Shown here: positions 26,266 to 33,769 of the stretch, piece after piece | How the letters are laid out: every line of letters begins with the position of its first letter | How positions within the stretch are numbered: the first letter of the stretch is position 1 | NCBI GenBank assembly: GCA_036389815.1 | Contig: DASVWB010000086.1 | Coordinates: forward strand, 7,031 to 71,030 | Source of the DNA: Pyrinomonadaceae bacterium | Lineage (GTDB): Bacteria; Acidobacteriota; Blastocatellia; Pyrinomonadales; Pyrinomonadaceae | Reading direction: 5' to 3' | Length of the DNA stretch: 64,000 bases | Position numbers and translations under genes: made by a program | The notes under the pieces: generated by a model | The model's database searches: none | What the model was told of the DNA's origin: nothing | What the model saw: only the letters and a program-made list of their open reading frames with translations

Positions 26266-26426
26266 CCCCTGCAATTTTCGTTACAGGGGTTGCAATTATG
26301 AATGCAGGGGTGTGGACACCACTGCAACGAGTAGTGCAGGGGGTGTAACGAAAATTGCAGGGGCTGCAAGAATCGTTACAGCCGCTGCACTAATCGTCGC
26401 AGGGGGTGCAATGAAGAATGCAGGGG
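26266..26426. repeat. Iteron-like array: seven tandem ~21-22-bp units, consensus (C)TGCAA-N7-8-T(G/A)CAGGGG
   Basis: Units read directly from the sequence: CCCCTGCAATTTTCGTTACAGGGG, TTGCAATTATGAATGCAGGGG, (TGTGGACACCA)CTGCAACGAGTAGTGCAGGGGG, TGTAACGAAAATTGCAGGGG, CTGCAAGAATCGTTACAGCCG, CTGCACTAATCGTCGCAGGGGG, TGCAATGAAGAATGCAGGGG. The units are contiguous with no spacers, so this is not a CRISPR array. Confidence 0.85.
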
Positions 26427-26647
26427 AATTTACAGACTTAACTTAATAGGGTAGGTATTAACGCCGATCAGGGAGGCGCCGCGAGCGCGTCTCAAAAAGA
26501 AATGAGCCGGAGCGCGACACCGTTCTGAGACCGTGCCGCTCCGGCTCAAGTCAATTACTCGCCGCGACGGTGAGCCGGTGTTCGTGTGTCAATGCGTAAG
26601 AGCACACGCCGGCGTTACCGGGAACTTCGAGTCCGAAGAGGGGAATT

Positions 26648-27757
26648 ATGGCGGGACAGGCTTTGGAGGCCCGGAGGTTCGTTCGCAGGACTCAGCTCGG
26701 GCCCGGCGAATACCGCAAGAACTTCCGCCAGGTTGACGCCGACGTCATCGCGGCCGTGACCTCGCGGGAGGCCGACCGGGTCACGCCGCTGATGAGCAAG
26801 ATTTACCTGCGGCTCGTCAGCGCTCCCGCGCAGTACTGGGAGCGTGAAGGCGTGCTGCGCTTCGAGGCCGAACTGCGCGACGAGGCATGCGTGAGGGCGT
26901 GGGACGCACTGTGCGAAGTGCTCGGGGTGGCATCGGCCACGGCCAGCAAGGCGCTGCGTTGGATGCACGAGCAGGGAATCGTCGGCTACTTCGCGGGCAA
27001 GAACGGCGTGGGCATCCGCGTCTTCCTCAACCGGGCAGCGTCTTCCATCGGCACGCGCGCGGCGGGCAAAAAAATTTTGGAGTTTACCCGTGCTTCATCC
27101 CCCGAGCCTCGTGCTTCACGGGATGAAGCAGCCTTTAGTGACAGCTACGCTGATTCAGAAGTTTTAGACACAGATTTAATTCCGCGCGCGCCGAAAAGCG
27201 GCGCGGAACAATCCGGGTCGGTTAAGAGTTCATTCCGCGTGCGAAGCTCCGAACCCTCCGCGCTTCAGCCTTCAGGCACTCAGGCCGTCAGCGCAACTGT
27301 AGAGCCGGCGGCCGCCGCCGAACTGACCGAGATGCTGCTCGGCAGGCTTGAGCCGGCCGTGCGCGCTGCGGCGGCGCAGGCGGCGGCGCGCGAGCACGAG
27401 CGGACGCGGGAGTGGCTGGAGAGCAGGGGACTGCCGAAGGCGGCCCGCGTCGCACAGCGCGAGGCTTACGAGGTGCTCCGCCGGCACGGGCTGGTCGGCG
27501 CCGCGCCGGGGGGCACGCGCGGGGCGCAGGGCGTGGGGCGACAAGAGTGCGCGCCGCCGCAGGCGCGGCCGCTGACGCCGGACGAGGTGAGGGAACTGGC
27601 CGAGGCGTGCGCCGCGATGCTTGAGGTGCAGGGCCGGCCGATTGAGGCGACGCTCGCGGAGTTGAGCGCGGAGGCCGGCGGTTTCCTGCCGGCCGCGGAG
27701 GCCGCGAGAGTGCGCGAACTCGCCGAGGCGATGGCCCGCGGCGGGGGCGAAGGGTAG
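26648..27757 (+). CDS. Putative replication initiator / wHTH DNA-binding protein
   Basis: 369 aa. A GAGGGG RBS precedes the ATG. It is the first gene downstream of the iteron-like array. A wHTH-like segment (ATASKALRWMHEQGIVGYFAGKNGVGIRVFLNRA) is followed by an Ala/Arg/Glu-rich helical tail. The Rep assignment rests on position only. No family recognised. Confidence 0.4.
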   Translation: MAGQALEARRFVRRTQLGPGEYRKNFRQVDADVIAAVTSREADRVTPLMSKIYLRLVSAPAQYWEREGVLRFEAELRDEACVRAWDALCEVLGVASATASKALRWMHEQGIVGYFAGKNGVGIRVFLNRAASSIGTRAAGKKILEFTRASSPEPRASRDEAAFSDSYADSEVLDTDLIPRAPKSGAEQSGSVKSSFRVRSSEPSALQPSGTQAVSATVEPAAAAELTEMLLGRLEPAVRAAAAQAAAREHERTREWLESRGLPKAARVAQREAYEVLRRHGLVGAAPGGTRGAQGVGRQECAPPQARPLTPDEVRELAEACAAMLEVQGRPIEATLAELSAEAGGFLPAAEAARVRELAEAMARGGGEG

Positions 27758-27923
27758 CGGCCCTATGTCGGCCGAACCGGCGGAGGCCGCGGCTGCGGGA
27801 CGCCCGCGTACCGACCGTAACGCCGCTCGTACTCGGCCCTCCACTCCTGCCCGCTCGGGGCGGCTCGCCTTCGGGTTCTGAGGTAATCGACGCGGCGTCG
27901 CGCCACTGACACACGGCTCTCAC

Positions 27924-27942
27924 GCACGTTTGCTAAACGTGC
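27924..27942. promoter_or_regulatory. Perfect 8-bp inverted repeat GCACGTTT-GCT-AAACGTGC upstream of the DUF2760/Hsp70 operon
   Basis: Read directly from the sequence. It lies about 75 nt before the first start codon at 28016 and just upstream of an A+T-rich patch (TTTAGCATATTCGTTTATTTTG). This is an operator candidate. Confidence 0.4.
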
Positions 27943-28015
27943 CCGCGGCCTTTAGCATATTCGTTTATTTTGTCGGGCGGGATAGCCGCCTGTAGTCCGC
28001 AGGCATGGAGAAAAC

Positions 28016-28588
28016 GTGATGATGGGATTCGGCAAGCGAGTATCTTACGCCGCCCGCTGCTTCTTCGCGGTGCTTTCGCGCGGCGAGGTGCCCGAGGACA
28101 TCGCCCCGGAAGTGGTGAGGGGCGCGGCGTCGCCCGCGCCCGCGCGAGAGCCCGAGGCGGCCCCGGCGCCCGCAGAAGCCGCCGGGGCGGGGGCGGCAGA
28201 GGAGTCGCCCGACCGCGCCGTGCAACTGCTCGCGCTGCTCCAGCGCGACGGGCGGCTCGTAGACTTCTTCGGCGAGGACATCGCGCCCTACCAGGACGCG
28301 CAGATCGGCGCGGCCGTGCGCGAGCTGCACGAGAACTGCCGCCGGGCGCTCGCACAATACGTCACGCTGGAGCCGGTCATCGACGGCGAAGAGGACCGGC
28401 CCGTCACGGTCGAAGAAGGCTTCGACCCGGCCGCCGTCAAGCTCGTCGGCAACGTGACGGGGCGGCCGCCCCTGCGCGGGCTGCTCCGTCACCGCGGCTG
28501 GCGCGTGGCGCAAATCAACCTGCCGACGCTGCCCCCGCCGGGGGGCGGCCGCACGGTGGTCGCGCCGGCCGAGGTGGAAATTCAGTAA
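28016..28588 (+). CDS. DUF2760-like protein
   Basis: 190 aa. It has an N-terminal hydrophobic/amphipathic segment (VSYAARCFFAVLS), an Ala/Pro/Glu-rich linker, and a C-terminal block (QLLALLQRDGRLVDFFGEDIAPYQDAQIGAAVRELHENCRRALAQYVTLEPVI) that matches my memory of the DUF2760 signature. A GGAG RBS lies 5-8 nt before the GTG/ATG cluster. Confidence 0.65.
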   Translation: MMMGFGKRVSYAARCFFAVLSRGEVPEDIAPEVVRGAASPAPAREPEAAPAPAEAAGAGAAEESPDRAVQLLALLQRDGRLVDFFGEDIAPYQDAQIGAAVRELHENCRRALAQYVTLEPVIDGEEDRPVTVEEGFDPAAVKLVGNVTGRPPLRGLLRHRGWRVAQINLPTLPPPGGGRTVVAPAEVEIQ

Positions 28589-28610
28589 GCGGGTCTTGAG
28601 GTGAACTCTT

Positions 28611-30461
28611 TTGGAAACACGTTTCGTCGTCGGCATTGACCTGGGCACGACCAACACGGCGCTGGCCCGTTTCGACACGGCCGCGCCCGAAGAGGCGGCC
28701 GGCATCAGCGTCGAGGCCGTCCCGCAGTTGACCAACCCGAACGAGGTCGAGGAGCGGACGCTGCTGCCCTCTTTCCTCTACGTGCCGGGCGAGCTCGACT
28801 TCCCGAAGGGGGCGCTGGCGCTCCCCTGGGAGCGCGAGCCGCAGGTCTTCGCCGGCGAGCTGGCGCGCAGGCGCGGCGCCGAGAACCCGACGCGCCTCGT
28901 CGCGTCCGCCAAGTCCTGGCTCTCCTACGCGGCCGTTGATCGCTCGTCCGCCATCCTGCCCTGGGGCGCGCCCGAGGAGGTGCGCAAGCTCTCGCCGGTC
29001 GAGGCGTCGGCCGAGTACCTGCGCCACCTCCGCCAGTCCTGGGACGCGCGCGTGAACGCGAAGAAGAACCCGGAGCTGGCGCTGGGCGCGCAGCAGTTGA
29101 TGCTCACCGTGCCGGCCTCCTTCGACGAGGAGGCGCGCGAGCTGACCCTGCGCGCGGCCGAGTCGGCCGGCCTAAAAAACGTGACGCTGCTCGAAGAGCC
29201 GCAGGCGGCCTTCTACGCGTGGATAGACGCGCAGGGCGACGGGTGGCGCAAGCGCGTGAAAGTCGGCGACCTCGTCCTCGTCTGCGACGTGGGCGGCGGC
29301 ACGACCGACTTCAGCCTCATCGCGGTCTCGGAGGAGGGCGGCGAACTCTCGCTCAAGCGCGTGGCCGTCGGCGAGCACATCCTGCTCGGCGGCGACAACA
29401 TGGATTTGGCGCTCGCGCGCCTGCTGCAACAGCGCCTCGAAGAGGAGGGGCACCGCGTAGACACGTGGCAGTTGCAGGGGCTCTGGCACCAGTGCCGCCT
29501 GGCGAAGGAGAGGCTCTTCGCAGACCCGAAGAGCCAGAAGCAGCCCGTGACGCTTTTGGGCAAGGGCTCGAAGCTCGTCGGCGGCACGGTCAAGACGGAG
29601 CTGCGCCGCGAAGACCTTGAGCGCGTCCTCGCCGAAGGCTTCTTCCCCGCCGTCGGCCGCGACGAGATGCCGGCACGCCAGCGGCGCATCGGCTTTCAGG
29701 AGCTGGGGCTGCCTTACGCCGCCGACCCGGCCGTCACCAAGCACCTCGCGCGCTTCCTCGCGCAGCAGGCGGCGGGCGGCCCCGACGCGGACAGCATACG
29801 CCGCGGCCCAAGCGGCTTCGCCTGCCCGACGCACGTCCTCTTCAACGGCGGCGTGATGAAGGCCGGCGTGCTGCGCGAGCGCGTCGTCGCGGTGCTCGAC
29901 TCCTGGCTCCGCGCCGAAGGGTTCGAGCCGCTCGGCGAGCGCGGCGTGCTCGAAGCGCCCGACCTCGACCACGCCGTCGCGCGCGGCGCGGCCTACTACG
30001 GCAGGGCGAAGCGCGGGCGCGGCGTCCGCATCCGCAGCGGCGCCCCGCGCACATACTACATCGGCGTCGAAAGCTCGATGCCGGCCGTGCCCGGAATGCC
30101 CGCGCCGCTCAAGGCTCTGTGCGTCGTGCCGTTCGGCATGGAGGAGGGGACGGAGGCCGCCATCCCTTCGCGCGAGTTTGGCCTCGTGGTCGGCGAGCCG
30201 GCCGAGTTCCGCTTCCTCAGCTCCACCGTGCGCAGGGGCGACGAGATTGGCTCCATCGTCGAAGACTGGGGCGACGAGATAGAGGAGTCGAGCCCGCTCG
30301 AAGTCACGCTCAAGGTCGAGGGCAAGGAGGACACCGTCATGCCCGTCCGCCTTGAGACGCGCGTGACCGAGGTCGGCACGCTCGAAGTCTGGTGCGTCTC
30401 GCGCGACGGCTCGCGGCGCTGGAAGCTGGAGTTCAACATCAGGGAGCAGGACGAGAGTTAA
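28611..30461 (+). CDS. Non-canonical Hsp70-family ATPase (616 aa, no lid or EEVD)
   Basis: TTG is the only in-frame start after a TGA. A GAGGTG RBS lies 7 nt upstream. Actin/Hsp70 NBD motifs are present: VVGIDLGTTNTALA, LVLVCDVGGGTTDFSLI, LLGGDNMDLALA and VLFNGGVMK. The C-terminus is a beta-sandwich-like segment ending TEVGTLEVWCVSRDGSRRWKLEFNI. Confidence 0.85.
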   Translation: METRFVVGIDLGTTNTALARFDTAAPEEAAGISVEAVPQLTNPNEVEERTLLPSFLYVPGELDFPKGALALPWEREPQVFAGELARRRGAENPTRLVASAKSWLSYAAVDRSSAILPWGAPEEVRKLSPVEASAEYLRHLRQSWDARVNAKKNPELALGAQQLMLTVPASFDEEARELTLRAAESAGLKNVTLLEEPQAAFYAWIDAQGDGWRKRVKVGDLVLVCDVGGGTTDFSLIAVSEEGGELSLKRVAVGEHILLGGDNMDLALARLLQQRLEEEGHRVDTWQLQGLWHQCRLAKERLFADPKSQKQPVTLLGKGSKLVGGTVKTELRREDLERVLAEGFFPAVGRDEMPARQRRIGFQELGLPYAADPAVTKHLARFLAQQAAGGPDADSIRRGPSGFACPTHVLFNGGVMKAGVLRERVVAVLDSWLRAEGFEPLGERGVLEAPDLDHAVARGAAYYGRAKRGRGVRIRSGAPRTYYIGVESSMPAVPGMPAPLKALCVVPFGMEEGTEAAIPSREFGLVVGEPAEFRFLSSTVRRGDEIGSIVEDWGDEIEESSPLEVTLKVEGKEDTVMPVRLETRVTEVGTLEVWCVSRDGSRRWKLEFNIREQDES

Positions 30462-30464
30462 TTT

Positions 30465-30492
30465 GAAATTTCAAATCAGAAATTTCAAATCA
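30465..30492 (+). repeat. Tandem 14-nt A/T-rich repeat (GAAATTTCAAATCA x2, partial third copy over the ATG) between the two Hsp70-like genes
   Basis: Read directly: TAA-TTT-GAAATTTCAAATCA-GAAATTTCAAATCA-TGAAATGG. Each copy contains the palindrome GAAATTTC. No Shine-Dalgarno sequence precedes the ATG at 30497. Confidence 0.8.
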
Positions 30493-30496
30493 TGAA

Positions 30497-33379
30497 ATGG
30501 AAGCCTCAAGCCGTTTCCTGATCGGCGTAGACCTCGGGACGACGAACTCGGCCGTGGCCTACGTGGACGCGGACGAGAGGCCGGCGCGCGGGGCGCCTCC
30601 CCCCGTCCGCGTCTTCGAGGTGCCCCAGCTCGTCGCCGAGGGCGAGGTGCGCGCCCTCCCTTCGCTCCCCTCATTTATCTACTTCCCGGACGAGGCGGAG
30701 GACGCGGCGCCCGGCCTCCGCCTGCCGTGGGAGGAGCAGACGGACGGGGCTTTGGTCGGCGTGCTCGCACGCGAGCGCGGCGCGCTGGCGCCGGGCCGGC
30801 AGGTCTCCTCGGCCAAGTCGTGGCTCTGCCTCTCGTCCGTGGATCGCACGGACGCCTTCCTCCCGTGGGACGCCGAAGGCGGCGACAAGGTCTGCTCGCC
30901 CGTCGCGGCCTCGGCCCGCTACCTCACACACCTGCGCGACGCGTGGAACCATTCGACGGCGCGGGGCGAAGACGGTACGCTCGACGACGCGCTGCGGTTC
31001 GAGCGTCAACAGGTTGTGCTCACCGTGCCCGCCTCGTTCGACGAGGAGGCGCGCGAGCTGACGGTCGCGGCCGCGCTTGAGGCCGGGATTGAAAACCTGA
31101 CGCTGCTGGAAGAACCGCTCGCGGCCTTCTACGCGTGGGTCGCGGCGCAGAAGGGCGGGCTCAGGCGGCAGCTCAGGGACGGGCAGCTCGTCCTCGTCTG
31201 CGACGTGGGCGGCGGCACGACCGACTTCAGCCTCATCCGCGTCGGCGTCGAAGGCGGCGAGCTGCGCCTCGTGCGGACGGCCATCGGCGAGCACCTCCTG
31301 CTCGGCGGCGACAACGTAGACCTCGCGCTCGCGCGCCTCGTCGAGGAGAAGCTCGGCCGCCCGCGCCTCTCGCTCAGGCAGCAGAACGCGTTGCGGCGGC
31401 AGTGCTGCGCGGCCAAGGAGCGTCTGCTCGGCGAAGGCGCGCCCGAAAGCGTGCCCGTCACCGTCCTCGGCGGCGGTCGCTCGGTCGTGGGCGGCGCACT
31501 CTCGACGGAGCTGACGCGCGCGGAGGTCGAAGGGCTGCTGGCGGACGGCTTCCTCCCCGCGACCGCGCCCGACGACCTGCCCGCCTCCGAACGGCGCGCG
31601 GGGCTGCGCGAACTCGGGCTGCCTTACGCGGGCGAGCCCGCGATAACGAAGCACCTCGCCGCGTTCCTCACGCAGGCGGCGCGCGCGATGCGTGCCGGCG
31701 GCGTGGGGCCGGCCGACGCCGAAGGGCCGGACGTGATGGCGCGGCCCGACGCCGTACTCTTCAACGGCGGCTTCTTCCTCCCCGACCTCACGCGCCGGCG
31801 CGTAATCGAGACCGTCGCCGGCTGGTTCCCGCAGTCGGGGAGGCGCTGGCGGCCCAAAGTCCTCCACAACGAGTCGCCCGAGACGGGCGTCGCGGTCGGC
31901 GCGGCCTACTACGCGCGCGTGCGCCGCATGGGCGGCGTCCGCGTGAGCGGCGGGAGCGCGCGCGGCTACTACATCGGCGTCCAGCAGGCGGGGCACGCCG
32001 CCCCGGGTCAGGATGTGCGGACGGCCGTGTGCGTCCTGCCGCGCGGGACCGAGGAGGGCACGCGGCTCGAACTCGGCGGGAGGGAGTTCGCGGCCCTGAC
32101 GAACCGCCCCGTCTCCTTCACCCTCTACAGCACGACCACGCGACAGGACGGGCAGGGCGAGGTCGTCCGCTTCGGCGTGGGTGAGTTGCACCGGCACGCG
32201 CCGCTCGTCACCGTGCTGCGCTACGGCAAGCGCTCGCGCCACATCGAACTCGACGTGCGGCTGACCGCGCACTTCACCGAAGTCGGGACGCTCGAACTGT
32301 GGTGCGAGTCGCCGAAGACCGGCCACCGCTGGAGGCTCCAGTTCCAGCTCAGGGGCGCGGAAGCTCTGGAAGAGGAGGCGGCCGGGGACGAAGAGCCGGA
32401 GGCGCACGAAGAAGCGCCACAGGTCGTCGTCACGGACGAGGCGGTGGCGGAGGCGGAGAGGCTGCTCCGCGCGGTCTTCGGCGGCCCGCGCGACGCGCCG
32501 GGCGGAGAAAGCCCGTCGCCGGAGTCGCTGCCGGGGAGGCTGGAAGCCGCGCTGGGCTACCGCAAGGACGCGTGGCGCACGGACACCATACGCAAACTCT
32601 GCGACGTGCTGGCCGAACTCCCGGCCGGCCGCCGCAAGGGTCGCAACTACGAGGCGCGCTGGCTCAACCTGTTCGGCTTCTGCCTGCGCCCGGGCTTCGG
32701 CGCGGTGCTCGACGACTGGCGCGTGGCGCGCGCCCGCAAGGTCTACCACGAAGGTCTCTGCTTCGAGAGGGACGTGCAGTGCCAGGTCGAGTGGATGATA
32801 CTCTGGCAGCGCGTCTCGGGCGGACTCAACGCCGGCCAGCAGCTCGAAATCTACGAGCGCCACAAGGGGCTGCTGGGCGTCGGCGGCAGGAGAGTCAAGG
32901 GGAGGCTCAACCGGCAGGTCGAGCGCGAGGGGCTGCTCCTGTTAGCGAGCCTCGAACACCTGCCGCCCGCCCTCCGCGTGGAACTCGGCGAGGAGATTCT
33001 CGCGCGCGTTGGGGAGGAGCCCGGCAACAAGAGTTTCACATGGGCGCTCGGGCGCCTGGGCGCGCGCGTCCCCTTCTACGGCCCGCTCAACTGCGTCGTG
33101 CCCGCCGGGGCGGCGGCGCGTTGGGCGGCCGCCCTGCTCGCCCTGCCCGAGTTGACGCCGCACGTCGCCACCGCCGTCTCGCAACTGGCGGCGCGGACGG
33201 ACGACCCGCTACGCGACGTAGAGCCCGAGTTCAGGCAGGAAGCGATCCGGCGGTTGCAGGGGGCCGGCGTGGCCGACGAGCTAATCGAGAGCCTGCGCGC
33301 TTACGTGCCCCGGGGCCGGGCCGCCGCCGTGCGCATCTTCGGCGAATCTCTGCCGGAAGGCTTACGCCTCGCGGGCTGA
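30497..33379 (+). CDS. Non-canonical Hsp70-family ATPase with ~330-aa helical C-terminal extension (960 aa)
   Basis: Motifs: LIGVDLGTTNSAVAY, LVLVCDVGGGTTDFSLI, LLGGDNVDLALA, VLFNGGFF and a beta-sandwich-like region ending TEVGTLELWCESPKTGHRWRLQFQL. These are followed by an acidic linker (EEEAAGDEEPEAHEE) and an unassigned helical domain (…ARWLNLFGFCLRPGFG…EWMILWQRVSGG…). Confidence 0.85.
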   Translation: MEASSRFLIGVDLGTTNSAVAYVDADERPARGAPPPVRVFEVPQLVAEGEVRALPSLPSFIYFPDEAEDAAPGLRLPWEEQTDGALVGVLARERGALAPGRQVSSAKSWLCLSSVDRTDAFLPWDAEGGDKVCSPVAASARYLTHLRDAWNHSTARGEDGTLDDALRFERQQVVLTVPASFDEEARELTVAAALEAGIENLTLLEEPLAAFYAWVAAQKGGLRRQLRDGQLVLVCDVGGGTTDFSLIRVGVEGGELRLVRTAIGEHLLLGGDNVDLALARLVEEKLGRPRLSLRQQNALRRQCCAAKERLLGEGAPESVPVTVLGGGRSVVGGALSTELTRAEVEGLLADGFLPATAPDDLPASERRAGLRELGLPYAGEPAITKHLAAFLTQAARAMRAGGVGPADAEGPDVMARPDAVLFNGGFFLPDLTRRRVIETVAGWFPQSGRRWRPKVLHNESPETGVAVGAAYYARVRRMGGVRVSGGSARGYYIGVQQAGHAAPGQDVRTAVCVLPRGTEEGTRLELGGREFAALTNRPVSFTLYSTTTRQDGQGEVVRFGVGELHRHAPLVTVLRYGKRSRHIELDVRLTAHFTEVGTLELWCESPKTGHRWRLQFQLRGAEALEEEAAGDEEPEAHEEAPQVVVTDEAVAEAERLLRAVFGGPRDAPGGESPSPESLPGRLEAALGYRKDAWRTDTIRKLCDVLAELPAGRRKGRNYEARWLNLFGFCLRPGFGAVLDDWRVARARKVYHEGLCFERDVQCQVEWMILWQRVSGGLNAGQQLEIYERHKGLLGVGGRRVKGRLNRQVEREGLLLLASLEHLPPALRVELGEEILARVGEEPGNKSFTWALGRLGARVPFYGPLNCVVPAGAAARWAAALLALPELTPHVATAVSQLAARTDDPLRDVEPEFRQEAIRRLQGAGVADELIESLRAYVPRGRAAAVRIFGESLPEGLRLAG

Positions 33380-33530
33380 GATGGCCGTTAGACTCCCTTG
33401 CGAATTACCTTCTTCTCGCAACGAAGTTGCAACCAAGCCGTCCCGCCCGGAGGTTACTATCCGTCTCGCCTAACGGGCGTTCCTTCTGAGAGTGAGTGAA
33501 GCTTTGGGGCTGGCCGCGAGAGCGGCCGTA

Positions 33531-33569
33531 GGCGTCGGGGGTGGGGGCCCCCGACGCCTTTTCTTTTCT
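33531..33569 (+). terminator. Rho-independent terminator closing the DUF2760/Hsp70 operon
   Basis: The sequence is GGCGTCGGGGG-TGGGGG-CCCCCGACGCC followed by TTTTCTTTTCT. The stem is perfect 11 bp. Confidence 0.75.
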
Positions 33570-33769
33570 CCACGCGGACGGCGGGCGCCTCGGGGCTACT
33601 TGCCTGCACGCAACCCGCCCCGATTTTTACAGGACAGGGTCTTACCGTTCGGCCATCTACCTGAACCCCCGGCCTCACCCGCCGCGAGCACGACGCCGTT
33701 ACGGCCGAGTTCACGACAGGAGACCTGCTGATTCGCCGTCGGGTTGAATGACTCGCCGGGGCGCGGACA

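Noticed and set aside
26266-26426. Possible CRISPR array
   Set aside because: The repeats are ~21 bp and directly abut one another with no unique spacers. They are degenerate, each is itself a dyad, and no cas genes are present. Iterons or a centromere are the better interpretation.
26533-26736. 67-aa plus ORF upstream of and overlapping the putative rep gene
   Set aside because: It is out of frame with the rep-like gene and overlaps it. It has no RBS. The region contains an 11-bp-stem hairpin (26504-26547) more consistent with leader structure.
27900-28015. Classical heat-shock operators (CIRCE, HAIR) or an obvious sigma32-type promoter upstream of the Hsp70-like operon
   Set aside because: I looked for TTAGCACTC-N9-GAGTGCTAA and CTTGAGT-N7-ACTCAAG and found no match. 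Only the unrelated GCACGTTT/AAACGTGC dyad is present.
27288-28735. Minus-strand ORFs 27288..27923, 27272..27844, 27933..28355 and 27965..28735
   Set aside because: They are extreme Arg/Pro/Ala composition shadows of the rep-like and DUF2760-like genes.
30671-32863. 730-aa minus-strand ORF, with the similar 29172..29972(-)
   Set aside because: Both are antisense shadows of the two Hsp70-like genes, which carry unambiguous ATPase motifs on the plus strand.
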